Below, in pieces: positions 45,718 to 55,999 of a stretch of DNA of 58,366 nucleotides (its first letter is position 1; each line of letters begins with the position of its first letter). The DNA comes from a virus, in IMG/VR virus record IMGVR_UViG_3300029288_006769, positions 1 through 58,366 of that record, one strand, 5' to 3'. The position numbers and the translations under genes are program-made. The notes beneath the pieces were generated by a model, which was given only the letters and a program-made list of their open reading frames with translations, searched no databases and was not told where the DNA came from.

Positions 45718-46060
45718 TTTCCCATTCCTGTTTGTTTCTTTCGACTTGTGCTGTCAGAGCCACGTCGAATTGTTCTCCTGTGCAAATTTGCAAAGCAACA
45801 TATTTTTCCTTGTAATGCCACCAGCCTTCAACTTTGTATTCCCAGATCATTTGAAGAGCTTTTGGGACATCAGCTTCTTTGAGAACTGGGTAGACATTTG
45901 AACGTGCTACTTCGAAACCTGCATTGCGTAGGAAGCAGTCCTGGATTCCCATTTGAGACAGGTCGCCAGAGAGATAGAACTTGAATTCACTTGGAGCCCG
46001 TTCGTTTGAAACAGCCGATGAAAGCAGACTGACAACGCCGGGAGCAATTGAAAATTGCAT
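45695..46060 (-). CDS. hypothetical protein
   Basis: Track ORF with SD AGGAGG. Confidence 0.4.
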   Translation of the reverse strand: MQFSIAPGVVSLLSSAVSNERAPSEFKFYLSGDLSQMGIQDCFLRNAGFEVARSNVYPVLKEADVPKALQMIWEYKVEGWWHYKEKYVALQICTGEQFDVALTAQVERNKQEWENERNSHC

Positions 46061-46149
46061 ATAACCTCCTTAGAACAAGGCTGGAAATGTTGAGTGCTTT
46101 AGCTCGCTGACCGTCTAGCATTCTTCTTTTCAAGGACCAATAGGACACA

Positions 46150-46503
46150 TTAAGGATAGACAATGAAGTACCTATCCAGTTGTTCAAGTTTTTTTACGTA
46201 TTCCAGAGAAAACTCTACAAATTTTAATGGTCTGTATTTTCCTGTTTCAATGTCATTTGCTGTTATGACGGAAAATTCGACAGGATTGTGACCTTTGTCA
46301 TCTACCCACCATTTCTTTGAAAAAATCTCGTATTGATCCTGAGGTATGGCTTTTCGCCTTATGCCCTGGAATATTTTTGAAAGACCTTCATACACCAAAA
46401 TCAGACCTGGAATCAAGAGCCAAAGCAAAAAAACATCGTAATGATATGTGAACAGACCAGTACAAACAATAAGTACACCGACAACAAATCTGTATAAGTT
46501 CAT
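46150..46503 (-). CDS. two-TM membrane protein
   Basis: VVGVLIVCTGLFTYHYDVFLLWLLIPGLILVY. Confidence 0.4.
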   Translation of the reverse strand: MNLYRFVVGVLIVCTGLFTYHYDVFLLWLLIPGLILVYEGLSKIFQGIRRKAIPQDQYEIFSKKWWVDDKGHNPVEFSVITANDIETGKYRPLKFVEFSLEYVKKLEQLDRYFIVYP

Positions 46504-46943
46504 TTTGACTCCATAACTTCATCAAGGAATTCGTGTGCAAACCGAGCAGGTGTTTTTGTACCATCCCACAGAACAGTCACAAGCGGGAAATCTTTTATTC
46601 TTTTTACGGTACCTTTCCTGTCAGGTCTCGAATTTCTGGCAACAAAGATTCCCAAGCAACTGAGCTTGACACGGCTCCCTATTGCAAAGGGCAATTTGGG
46701 ATTTTGTATGTCTTCGATTTTTTCGATGATTTCAAGGTGCTCTGCTGTCCATTTGATAATTTGACCATTCGCACGGATATAGAGACAATTGTTGTCGGAG
46801 CCACCGTATTCCGCAACAGTGCCTGTAAAATCAAGGCTAGACAGGGTAGACTTGACAAGGTCCCCGATTCTTTTCCCGTAATATCGAGTCCTTGCTTCAT
46901 TGTCAAAAGGCTTTAGCATCGTGTTTCCTTTCAAGCGCACCAA
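46500..46943 (-). CDS. hypothetical protein
   Basis: Track ORF coupled to the downstream gene. Confidence 0.4.
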   Translation of the reverse strand: MVRLKGNTMLKPFDNEARTRYYGKRIGDLVKSTLSSLDFTGTVAEYGGSDNNCLYIRANGQIIKWTAEHLEIIEKIEDIQNPKLPFAIGSRVKLSCLGIFVARNSRPDRKGTVKRIKDFPLVTVLWDGTKTPARFAHEFLDEVMESK

Positions 46944-47332
46944 GCACTGTAATGCTCTTCTTCAGGTTGAAAAATAACTTTTCTCGTACTTGCAAGGGTA
47001 AAATAAGTTTGACTACCAAACTGAGTTCGTACTCCGCTTATTTTAAGAGCGAAGAAAGCATCAAACACTTTATGGTCGCCGACAAATCTTAAGAGACAAC
47101 CACAAATAGTCCCTTGCTGGACAAAACCGGCTTCTTGAAGTTTCGTTTGTAAGAATTCCCAATTCTCATAATGCTCTTCAAAGCATCTAAAACTTCCTCG
47201 AACACATCGATAATCGCCTGACTTGCAATTAGCGATTTTTGCACATATGCTCGGATCAGTAAATAATTTTTTACGGTAGTCTTTGAAAGAGTTGTTCATC
47301 CTATTAAAACTCCCAGTGCAATACCAGCACAA
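46931..47332 (-). CDS. hypothetical protein
   Basis: Track ORF. Confidence 0.35.
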   Translation of the reverse strand: MCWYCTGSFNRMNNSFKDYRKKLFTDPSICAKIANCKSGDYRCVRGSFRCFEEHYENWEFLQTKLQEAGFVQQGTICGCLLRFVGDHKVFDAFFALKISGVRTQFGSQTYFTLASTRKVIFQPEEEHYSAWCA

Positions 47333-47384
47333 CTTGCAAGGACAATAATGATGGTTTTGAGTGCAAAGTCTCCATTCATATTAT

Positions 47385-47597
47385 TTAAAATCGAAAGTTG
47401 ACTATGTGTTTGCCATGGCAGGTTTGCACGGGCGTTGTTGAGACTTCTTTTAAATTGTTTTTCTTACAGGACCACAATCTTCCCAGATTAGAGTCTAAAA
47501 AACTTCCCAATTTGCCGCATGAACATTTTCCCGCACCGTGGAATTGAATATGGATACAGCCTTCGCATGTGTCCGTACGTGTCTGTGTCGATGTCAT
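47385..47597 (-). CDS. Cys-rich small protein
   Basis: CEGC...CSCGK...C Cys clusters. The phage promoter motif plus SD (CATAAAACCTCC...GTATATCGTAT) lie upstream. Confidence 0.45.
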   Translation of the reverse strand: MTSTQTRTDTCEGCIHIQFHGAGKCSCGKLGSFLDSNLGRLWSCKKNNLKEVSTTPVQTCHGKHIVNFRF

Positions 47598-48303
47598 AAA
47601 ACCTCCATTTTGGGGATATGGAGTATATCGTATAAGTTTTTAGAACTGCCACCTTAATATCTTTCTTGGTAGTAAAGAACTTTCATTGATTCGAGCGCTT
47701 TATTATTTTTCTCCAAGTATCCCTTGAAATTTTATATTTGAAAAAACAAACATCATTGTCATTGCCGAATGCAATGACATCGTCTGATTCGACTATAATT
47801 GGAATTTGTATAAAATCATTACTATCATTTATCATAGTTCTTGAGGTGAAAGCATGAATTGCGCCTTGATAGATCATATTGCCACGCTATACCAAAAACT
47901 CCTTTAGCTCGTATGAAATCTTGTGTATTTAGTTTTATCAGCTCATACTGATACCATGTACAAATACCTCCTCTAGAAAGATGAAACCATTTCCAGAAAG
48001 TCAATTTTGCTATGTTTTTTTGTTTTTATTCTGTTTACTGTAAGGCACATAGAGTCAGTTAGAATAGGCTCGAGCACAACAAAAATATTTCATAATAGTA
48101 TTATTCAATCCCAATACGGGGCTCAAATTTGTCGCAAATTTGGTGCCAATAAACTGTTTGGTCTTGATCTAAATCGCAAACACTCCAAGCATATTCATTT
48201 TCAGCATGTGTGCAATTGAAACAACATCGAGCTTCTCGTAAATTCATATCTCGTAAATTCATATTATATTTTATATTCAACTCAAACTAATATAAAAAGA
48301 AAT

Positions 48304-48534
48304 ATGAAAAAAGAAGATCTAGCAAATCGTTTGTTTTCTGATGTGAACGCAATAGTACCTGCGATTTTTAAAGGTTGCGTCATCTATAACAGACCAAGAG
48401 GCGGCTGGAAAGTTAAAGGTAGATTCCAGCTCGTGAATGATATATCTTTCGAAGATTTAGTTAAAAAATTAAAAGGAACTAACTTGACAGCTAGTATTGT
48501 AAAACGACACATCTGTATAACAAAGGATTATTAA
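48304..48534 (+). CDS. hypothetical small protein
   Basis: Track ORF. Confidence 0.35.
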   Translation: MKKEDLANRLFSDVNAIVPAIFKGCVIYNRPRGGWKVKGRFQLVNDISFEDLVKKLKGTNLTASIVKRHICITKDY

Positions 48535-48906
48535 ATGGATTTAAATGAATTTGTAGAAAAATTTGGTACTTTGTGTATACCGTATAAATCTAGTTTAGAT
48601 GATTTCTTTGGAGAAATGAAACTCTTCAAAAGACAGAATGAGTATAAAATTACTGGTGGCCCAGAAGGTTATCTTACATTCTCTGAAAGTCAGCCTGCAT
48701 TTGATTATTTTGAAAGTTTCTTTACTAATATTGGAGTGTTACAATGTCAAGTTATAACTGAAAATCCTGCATTAGCTGATGAAGAAGATTTAGAAAAGAT
48801 CCAAGAAGCTATAAACAAGAAAGTTGAAAGAACACAGACACTTGCTTGTTCGGGCGATCCTGCTGTCAGCGTAGGGCGTGGTTGGGTATCGACAGACAAC
48901 AACTAA
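48535..48906 (+). CDS. hypothetical protein
   Basis: Track ORF abutting the previous gene. Confidence 0.35.
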   Translation: MDLNEFVEKFGTLCIPYKSSLDDFFGEMKLFKRQNEYKITGGPEGYLTFSESQPAFDYFESFFTNIGVLQCQVITENPALADEEDLEKIQEAINKKVERTQTLACSGDPAVSVGRGWVSTDNN

Positions 48907-49131
48907 CTATCCTAAAGAAACAATAAATAAACCAATTTCTAGTAACTCTTCCGTTGTTAATCTTATTGATCTATTCAAGAAAAAAGAAGTCTGTCCTTGA
49001 ATTCTTTGTACACATCCAATATGTTTTCTGCCTTTATATATCTCATGAAACCAATAGGAACGATAATGGCGTTTGAATGTGAGTGTTCTAGTTTGCTTTG
49101 TTATTACGAACTGGCTTTTCATTCGCCTTTC

Positions 49132-49470
49132 TTAATTATCCCAAATCGATCTAGTTGCTGTCATTTTGTTTCGAGCATGCATAATTGAATCTGCTTTAGC
49201 TTTCCGAGCAGCACAATACTTGCAGTTACCTTTATGTGTTGGGCCACCATGGTAATCTGATGCTACAAAGAAATATTCACATGAATCGAATTCAAACACT
49301 TTGATGTCCCATGTCAATGAACCATCAACTAATTGATATTTAATTATAGAGTCTTGTATAGAATCTGTTCGAACTTTTGCGTTTATTATTTTTTCAGGTT
49401 TTTCAGGTGTGCTATCAAAAGAACAAACTACGCAGAAAAGCACTATAAAAATAGAACCTGTATATCTCAT
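49132..49470 (-). CDS. secreted small protein
   Basis: N-terminal signal-like MRYTGSIFIVLFCVVCS. Confidence 0.4.
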   Translation of the reverse strand: MRYTGSIFIVLFCVVCSFDSTPEKPEKIINAKVRTDSIQDSIIKYQLVDGSLTWDIKVFEFDSCEYFFVASDYHGGPTHKGNCKYCAARKAKADSIMHARNKMTATRSIWDN

Positions 49471-49853
49471 TATTTTTCCCTTGGTAGAATTGTAGTAACA
49501 ACTTTTTCTTTGAAAACAATGGTAAAAGGTATGTCAGCAATTTCCTTATGAAATCTACCTGACTTTAGCGTTTGTATCATTGTTTCTACATCTGGTGTTA
49601 AAATTTCACTCTCAATCTTCTCAATGTCCATTTTGTAGACACGCTCTAAATAGCGTATAATTGCATGTTCGGTAACTATAGGTTTCTTTGAATCTTCTAA
49701 TAAGTGTTTTTGTTCTAATTCATTCTTTTGAATGTCGTTTTGTGTTCTGTTTATTTCTTTGTTTAAATCATTTCTTTGCCCAATAAGAGTTTCTAATTTA
49801 GATTTTAAATTAGCGAGTCTTGTTTGAATAAGTTTTAGAACATCATGACTCAT
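49470..49853 (-). CDS. hypothetical coiled-coil protein
   Basis: Track ORF with an ATGA overlap. Confidence 0.4.
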   Translation of the reverse strand: MSHDVLKLIQTRLANLKSKLETLIGQRNDLNKEINRTQNDIQKNELEQKHLLEDSKKPIVTEHAIIRYLERVYKMDIEKIESEILTPDVETMIQTLKSGRFHKEIADIPFTIVFKEKVVTTILPREK

Positions 49854-50215
49854 TTTCGACTTTCACATGCTTTCCAAGTTTCATCTATACTCGGGTATCT
49901 GTCGTTTTCTTCCTGGAATTTCTCTACAAACTCTTCAAAGGTTCCTGCAGAAACAACTTCTTCGATTTCTTGTTGTTCTTGCTCTTCTTTCAAATGGGCA
50001 TTCTGAATTCTAAGTTCACCAATCTGTTCTTCAAGCTCATCAATTTTGGTTTCAAGTTCAGCATAATCTGATGCAGAGTTATGGTTCAACTCATCAAGAA
50101 GCCCTTCAATTATTTCGTCTGTTGTAGAACGACGTGAAATCTCGAAAAGCTTAAAAGTTGTTGCCTCGTCAAAATTCTTGCTACGGATAAGCAATTGAAG
50201 TTCTTGTAGTTCCAT
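49850..50215 (-). CDS. acidic coiled-coil protein
   Basis: E-rich heptad-like sequence. Confidence 0.4.
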   Translation of the reverse strand: MELQELQLLIRSKNFDEATTFKLFEISRRSTTDEIIEGLLDELNHNSASDYAELETKIDELEEQIGELRIQNAHLKEEQEQQEIEEVVSAGTFEEFVEKFQEENDRYPSIDETWKACESRK

Positions 50216-50286
50216 GAGAAAAGCTCCTTTGAAAATCTGTTTGACTTGTTTAGATTTTCTATATTGGGAGCCTTTATAAATTTATT

Positions 50287-50736
50287 TTATTGAATATAAG
50301 TATACACGGTTTTTGCCCAAAAAGTACTTTTAATTGGAATCTCCAAAAGCTGTTTATGTTGAGTATAAAAAAATACACCTTTTTTGGGATAGAATGTAAA
50401 CATTTCTACGGCGCCATTGTAGATTCCTACAGCTGTAATTTTATCGCCATCATCAAGTATTATAGTGGCTAACCGCGTGGTAGGTAAATTCTTTACGTCC
50501 CAAACATCAGAAAGATTCTTTGTATGATCAAAAATTACAGTAATATCATTTTTGTTATCATCAAAGATGAAAACTGGATACACTCCTGAAAAACCATCAT
50601 CTTCGACTGTCATTTTACCATCTTGGTAACCGAACCATTTTCCTTGAAGCGGTGTTTCGCATTTTGCAATAAAATAAGGTTTTGCTAAAATAGCAATGTT
50701 CAACAATAAAACAAGAAGATAACTCAAATAATTCAT
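50287..50736 (-). CDS. secreted protein
   Basis: Signal peptide MNYLSYLLVLLLNIAILAKP. Confidence 0.4.
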   Translation of the reverse strand: MNYLSYLLVLLLNIAILAKPYFIAKCETPLQGKWFGYQDGKMTVEDDGFSGVYPVFIFDDNKNDITVIFDHTKNLSDVWDVKNLPTTRLATIILDDGDKITAVGIYNGAVEMFTFYPKKGVFFYTQHKQLLEIPIKSTFWAKTVYTYIQ

Positions 50737-50751
50737 ATAAACCTTTCTAAT

Positions 50752-51348
50752 TTATTGACATAGGATTCCACTCTTTACGAAAGCTTTATCAAGTTTCTTG
50801 AGCTCTATATGGATTTTTTTGTCGATATCTTGCCATGTCATCCCTGTCAGTTCAAAATATATTGCTAAACGTTCTTCTAACCATGCTTTCTTGTCAGGAA
50901 CTTCATTAAAGGAAGGAACACCGTGGTATCTGTCAGCTAAAGACTTAAAACCTACGTCATCAACTATACAAGACTTATATTTGTCTGGGATCTTGTTCCA
51001 AATTGTTTTCACAAATATCGGGCATTTTTCATTACCATCGTATATGTAATAAGGAACTTCTCCAACATTTTTTATTTTTATTGTCTTACCTATCTTTATA
51101 GCCATCCATTTGACTACAAGAAAAATGTAATCTCTTTCTGGTTCGCAAGCATTGTAATCAAAACCGATAGCATTTTTCCTGTGATCATAAGACAAGCCTG
51201 TAGAATCTGCTATGTTTATTGCTAGTCGCGAATAATTATCTTTTTGATTGAATAATTGTGCAGGTTCTACATAGTGCTCCTGCAAAAATTCCCACATTTT
51301 AAGTAAGAGGACTTTGTTTTTTGCAATGCAAGAAATGCTATATCCCAT
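50752..51348 (-). CDS. hypothetical protein (third gene of the ATPase cassette)
   Basis: Coupled downstream of the 145-aa gene. Confidence 0.4.
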   Translation of the reverse strand: MGYSISCIAKNKVLLLKMWEFLQEHYVEPAQLFNQKDNYSRLAINIADSTGLSYDHRKNAIGFDYNACEPERDYIFLVVKWMAIKIGKTIKIKNVGEVPYYIYDGNEKCPIFVKTIWNKIPDKYKSCIVDDVGFKSLADRYHGVPSFNEVPDKKAWLEERLAIYFELTGMTWQDIDKKIHIELKKLDKAFVKSGILCQ

Positions 51349-51350
51349 TG

Positions 51351-51788
51351 TTACACCTCGACATAAACCGAATGCGTGAATTCTGGTGCCCTGACATCAG
51401 GCACGTCTTTAATTGTCATACCCAGTCTGACAGCAATTACGACTTCACCATCCTTATCAGACCATGAAAGGATTCCTTTTTTATATTCAAGGTCGTCTAT
51501 AGGACCAGAACATTTGGAACGAAATTTTCCATTTTTTTTGCATTCTACGACAAGTTTCTCTTTTCTTCTGCTTATAACTTCAGCAGCAATTAGATATTCT
51601 TTTTTCGTTTTCGAAACTGCTTTCTTGATTGGTTCGCATTTCACAATGAAGTAATTCTGGTGAGTGAAAACTTTCTCCATGACATCTTCTGCTTCTTTAA
51701 AAGTCATGGGGTCATTGCCTACGAAATGCAGTTTGCCATTATACTTCCACATGATAGCATAGAAAGGTTTCATATTCCCTCCAATCAT
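51351..51788 (-). CDS. hypothetical protein (second gene of the ATPase cassette)
   Basis: ATGA overlap with the ATPase gene. Confidence 0.4.
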   Translation of the reverse strand: MIGGNMKPFYAIMWKYNGKLHFVGNDPMTFKEAEDVMEKVFTHQNYFIVKCEPIKKAVSKTKKEYLIAAEVISRRKEKLVVECKKNGKFRSKCSGPIDDLEYKKGILSWSDKDGEVVIAVRLGMTIKDVPDVRAPEFTHSVYVEV

Positions 51789-52441
51789 TTATTGCTTGCC
51801 TTTATTAAAGCTGCAATTTCATCGTATACTTTTTCGTTTCTTGCAAAAAGATCTTCAAGATTACCAGGTTCGTCAACAGTATTAAGCCAAGTTTTAAGAT
51901 CAGAACAACCACCAACCCGGAGATGAGACGGATTCAAGGGAAGTAACTGACGGATCAAAGGCTTGCTGTGAGAAATAACAACAACAACAACACCTTTTGT
52001 CAGAGCCGGAAGGTTTTCGACAAATTCTTTTATTTTGACACCAACAGCACCAGAATATTTCTCGCTGAGCCCAATATCAAGCTCATCCCAAATAATATAA
52101 TGTTCGTTTTCTCTTTTCTGGCAATTTTTAATACCATTGACTACGGTTAATGCAGTCAGATAACCAGTAGAATTGTATGACTCATCACCATATATCATAG
52201 CAGAAGGAATGCCTGAAGAGCTACGCCCTTGTTGCGAAAGATGTATTACCTCGAGCTTCATTTGTTTTAAAATGGTGTAGTAAATACGACGGACAAAAGA
52301 TTTTCCAGTAGCATTTTCTCCGGTGACTACGACAATGTCTTTGTGCCCAGGGTCAAAGTGTGTGTTTAAAGGACCATTGAGACAAGCGAGCTCACACATA
52401 TCCGTAGTTAGAGCCACCATGTTCTTGGTTGAGTATTTCAT
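51785..52441 (-). CDS. small ABC-type/AAA ATPase
   Basis: Walker A VVVTGENATGKS, LSQQGRSSSG, Walker B IIWDELD and H-loop VVVVISHSK. It is preceded directly by the promoter core TTTATATCG with no SD (leaderless). Confidence 0.55.
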   Translation of the reverse strand: MKYSTKNMVALTTDMCELACLNGPLNTHFDPGHKDIVVVTGENATGKSFVRRIYYTILKQMKLEVIHLSQQGRSSSGIPSAMIYGDESYNSTGYLTALTVVNGIKNCQKRENEHYIIWDELDIGLSEKYSGAVGVKIKEFVENLPALTKGVVVVVISHSKPLIRQLLPLNPSHLRVGGCSDLKTWLNTVDEPGNLEDLFARNEKVYDEIAALIKASNK

Positions 52442-52460
52442 ACGGTTTATATCGTATTAA
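52442..52460 (-). promoter_or_regulatory. leaderless variant of the phage promoter, directly abutting the ATG of the ATPase gene
   Basis: Minus strand reads AATACGATATAAACCGT-ATG with no SD. Confidence 0.4.
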
Positions 52461-52916
52461 ATAGACTACTCAACCAATATATATTGTTTTTTAAATAGTT
52501 TCGCTAGAAGCCTGAAGAAAATGTTTTCTTTAGAAAATACAATGTCCGCAATATCTTTTCATTTTGCTATAATTTTCTCATATTCTTCGTCAGACAAACT
52601 TGTCCAAAGTAATTCGCCTGTTTCTTCGTCTACTAAGTTCCAGTGACTAAATTCGCCATTACCAGTAAATTCTTCATGTAATTTGGGTTTCATTTTTTAT
52701 CTCCTTTATTTACAGCACATTTTTTACACCACATAGCCACTATGCATAATTCTCCATCAAGATCAGAATGTTCTTTCATTGTTTTGCCTGATGTGTATAA
52801 CGAAACAAACTTGCCACATTGTTCACAGTTCATTGTAGATTTATTCTTCATAGAGGAATTTATATCTTTTCTAAGGAACTGTTATTATAATTAGTTCACA
52901 AGGAGAAAAACAAAAC

Positions 52917-53465
52917 ATGATTAAACATATTTATACGAAGTCTAGACGTGAAGTCGAGCATGCAATCATTACCGGTACAAGGTTATCAAAACAAACTTGG
53001 GCTTTAATATCTATTTGGAGTGGAGAAGAGCTTGTAACTCCTTTTAAGAATAGAGAAACGCTTGCAAGAATTGGATGTCCTGAAGCTTTGAGCGTTCGGT
53101 TTTCAGATGTCACAAAAGATGAATTTGAGAAGCGAGACCTTGCAAAAAATGGGTGTGTACTTTTTACAGAAGAAGCGGCAAAAGAAATTGTCAAGTTTGT
53201 CAACAAAATCAATGACATGGAAATACCAGACTTGTTTATACATTGTGCGGCTGGAATTTCAAGATCACCTGCTGTTGGATTATTTACTTGCAAATATCTA
53301 AATTTGGATGAAGCAGAGTTTAGAAAAGCAAATCCTCATATTTTACCAAATTTTTATGTTCTTAATATTCTAAATCAAGTCTCAGGTATAAATTCTAATT
53401 ATACCGAGTTTTGGATGACTCAAGAAAACATTGAAAAAAGAAACAAATTAGCTGAATTGTTTTAA
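52917..53465 (+). CDS. dual-specificity/tyrosine protein phosphatase (Cys-X5-Arg)
   Basis: HCAAGISRSPA matches the CX5R P-loop signature. Confidence 0.6.
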   Translation: MIKHIYTKSRREVEHAIITGTRLSKQTWALISIWSGEELVTPFKNRETLARIGCPEALSVRFSDVTKDEFEKRDLAKNGCVLFTEEAAKEIVKFVNKINDMEIPDLFIHCAAGISRSPAVGLFTCKYLNLDEAEFRKANPHILPNFYVLNILNQVSGINSNYTEFWMTQENIEKRNKLAELF

Positions 53466-54392
53466 ATGAAAGAATTCAGAAAAACACAAGAAGGAAGATT
53501 CATTTGTGAAGAATGCAATGAAACTTTTTCATCAAAAACGTTTTTAAGTATTCATAATATCAAGAAACATTGTTTGTCTCCAAAACAATATTATGACAAA
53601 TGGATTAAAGAAGAAGGTGAAGGAATTTGCGAATATTGTGGAAAAGAAGCAAGATTTATAAGAAGCGATACTGGATATCAACCAACCTGTTGCAGAGAAC
53701 ATGCTCACAAAATTGCTTTTAAAAAAACTAAACAAACAATGTTAAATAATTCTGGTGTAATAAACAATTTCCAAAGAGAATATGTAAAGACTAAAATAAA
53801 ACAAACAAATGTAAAAAAATTTGGATTTGATAACCCAAATAAGAACAAAGATGTTTTGCTTAAAAGATCTAACACTTGTTTGAAAAAATATGGAACAAGT
53901 GTTGCTATGAAATCTGATATTGTAAAAGAAAATGCGAGACAACTTTGTTTTAAAAAATACGGAGTATACTATAGTTTCCAAAGAGAAGATGTAAAACAAA
54001 AAATTACTGCTATTATTCTTGAAAGATATGGTGTTGAGCATCCATCGCAAAATTTAAGTTCACATAACAAAGGATTAAAAACAAGACTTCTCATTAAAAA
54101 TTTTAATGGAACAAATATAACTTATCAGGGTTCTTTTGAACTTGATTTTCTTGTTCATTATTTTGATAAACTTGAAATAAGAAACGGATTGTCATTTAGA
54201 TATGGGAAAAGAATGTATCACTCAGATTTTTATTTACCAGAATTCAATATGATCGTCGAAATAAAAAGCAGTTGGACTCTAAAATTAGATAATTTTATTA
54301 ATGAAAAATCAAAAACTGTTGTCGATCATGGATTCAAGTTCATTTTAATTGTCAACAAAAACTATGCTGAATTTGATAAAGCTATCTCTTGA
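53466..54392 (+). CDS. C2H2 zinc-finger protein with tandem KKYG repeats and a C-terminal PD-(D/E)XK-like motif; homing-endonuclease-like
   Basis: N-terminal FICEECNETF...HNIKKH. Repeats KKFGFDNP, KKYGTSVA, KKYGVYYS and ERYGVEHP. C-terminal DFYLPEFNMIVEIKS provides D...ExK. Confidence 0.35.
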   Translation: MKEFRKTQEGRFICEECNETFSSKTFLSIHNIKKHCLSPKQYYDKWIKEEGEGICEYCGKEARFIRSDTGYQPTCCREHAHKIAFKKTKQTMLNNSGVINNFQREYVKTKIKQTNVKKFGFDNPNKNKDVLLKRSNTCLKKYGTSVAMKSDIVKENARQLCFKKYGVYYSFQREDVKQKITAIILERYGVEHPSQNLSSHNKGLKTRLLIKNFNGTNITYQGSFELDFLVHYFDKLEIRNGLSFRYGKRMYHSDFYLPEFNMIVEIKSSWTLKLDNFINEKSKTVVDHGFKFILIVNKNYAEFDKAIS

Positions 54393-54870
54393 GAACTTCT
54401 CTTATGATTTTCTCAGTATTGACAGTTTGCTTAAAGCCTTGCGGAGTCATAGTAATCCCAAGAGTCTTTTCGACAACTTTCTTGTCATTTGCTTGCATCG
54501 TTTCGTGATCCTGGAATTCCCATCTGACTTTTCCAATTGCTTTTGCATCCCCCAGTTTGAAGTCCGAAATGACATCAAGTTTGTACTGGTCAGGGAAATC
54601 TTCTCCCCAAGCAACAACCCATTGGTTTTCGCCGCTCTCCATGATCCTGCCTCTGGGTAAACCCCGATAATTGTCCTCGATGAGTTCTACAGCTTTGTCT
54701 CTGTATCTGCGGCGAAGCAAGTTGACAATAGTATCCCAGAGCATGAGATGCACGGCTTCATTTCCTTCATCGTCATGCTCGGAATAAATAGTGTAATTAC
54801 CTGTCTTCGGGTCCGGGACAAGGTAGAACACGCCAGTCTTGGGTTTTTCAAAAGCTTTTTTCTGTTCCAT
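54382..54870 (-). CDS. hypothetical protein
   Basis: Track ORF. Confidence 0.4.
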   Translation of the reverse strand: MEQKKAFEKPKTGVFYLVPDPKTGNYTIYSEHDDEGNEAVHLMLWDTIVNLLRRRYRDKAVELIEDNYRGLPRGRIMESGENQWVVAWGEDFPDQYKLDVISDFKLGDAKAIGKVRWEFQDHETMQANDKKVVEKTLGITMTPQGFKQTVNTEKIIREVLKR

Positions 54871-55062
54871 TTACGATTCTTTCTTAGGTAAGACCTTCAA
54901 GGTCGCAACAGCTTGTTGCAGATTGGTAATGCACTTCTTGGCGATTTTGAGCAACTCTCCATCTCCACAAGAAGAGCAGAACAACATTCCGTTGATTTTT
55001 ACCGTTGCATCTTTTTGGCAGAAGCAGCAACAGCCTTGTTTGACTTTTTCAACGACAATCAT
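54871..55062 (-). CDS. Cys-rich small protein (63 aa)
   Basis: Internal start MIVVEKVKQGCCCFCQ is supported by the promoter/SD motif at 55063..55113. Confidence 0.45.
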   Translation of the reverse strand: MIVVEKVKQGCCCFCQKDATVKINGMLFCSSCGDGELLKIAKKCITNLQQAVATLKVLPKKES

Positions 55063-55246
55063 AACGATCTCCTTATAAAACGAAGATAAAACCTCGATGT
55101 CTATATCGTTTAGAAGCTTAATTGCTGCCGAATTATTTTCGACGACCAATGAAGATTGTTAAAAGAAGCAGAACGACTGTTACTCTTGTCATTTTTCTAC
55201 TGCTTTTATAGAGTCATTGGATATTACCAACAAGAGAGGAGTTTTT

Positions 55247-55999
55247 ATGAATATTATTCCAGATGTTTGGCGGTACAGTGAGGCGGCTGATCACGGGCCA
55301 AAAGCTTTAGACAATTTTGAGTTTCTAAAAGACAAAAAACTCACTAAAAACGATCACAAAGAATGTTTTTCTTATGTGAGCGAGGAAGAGAAACGTGTTG
55401 TATTTGTTTTTGCTGGTACTAAGGGCAATCTGAAATCATGGGCAAAAGATTTCTTGGCTTTGCCTTTGAAAAAAGATAGTCTGATTAACACAAAAACAAA
55501 TGAACCCGGTATTATTCATGCTGGCTTTTATGAACTGTGGTTAAAATCAAAACAAATGGTTGATGATACTCTTGTTAGAGCAGGTGACAAAGAAATAGTA
55601 GTTGGGGGAATGAGTCAAGGCGGGGCTCTGGCCGTATTGTGTGCAAGACATTTAGTCAAGAACAGAAATGTCAATAAATCAAATCTTACTCTAGTCACTT
55701 TTGGAGCTCCTGCACAAGGAATTGGAGAATATGCAACTCAAGTGAATGAATTGCTTAGCATGCATTATAGAGTTGTAGATGGTTATGATATTGTTCCTAC
55801 AATGCCGCCAGCAGTGGCTGGGTTTGTACATTCAGGTAGTTTAATTTGGCTAAAAGCACCTTGGTGGCACAAACTATTCATATTTATGAAAGTCCGTGCT
55901 CATTTCTATTCTTCTTACACCAAGGGTTTATTGAAGAAATTTACTAAACTCGAGGACCAAACTGAATTGAAAATAGTATTAAAAAGGGTATCAATCTAA
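55247..55999 (+). CDS. class 3 lipase / alpha-beta hydrolase
   Basis: VGGMSQGGALAVLCA gives the GxSxG nucleophile elbow in a Lipase_3-like context. SD AGAGGAG precedes MNIIPDVW. Confidence 0.55.
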   Translation: MNIIPDVWRYSEAADHGPKALDNFEFLKDKKLTKNDHKECFSYVSEEEKRVVFVFAGTKGNLKSWAKDFLALPLKKDSLINTKTNEPGIIHAGFYELWLKSKQMVDDTLVRAGDKEIVVGGMSQGGALAVLCARHLVKNRNVNKSNLTLVTFGAPAQGIGEYATQVNELLSMHYRVVDGYDIVPTMPPAVAGFVHSGSLIWLKAPWWHKLFIFMKVRAHFYSSYTKGLLKKFTKLEDQTELKIVLKRVSI

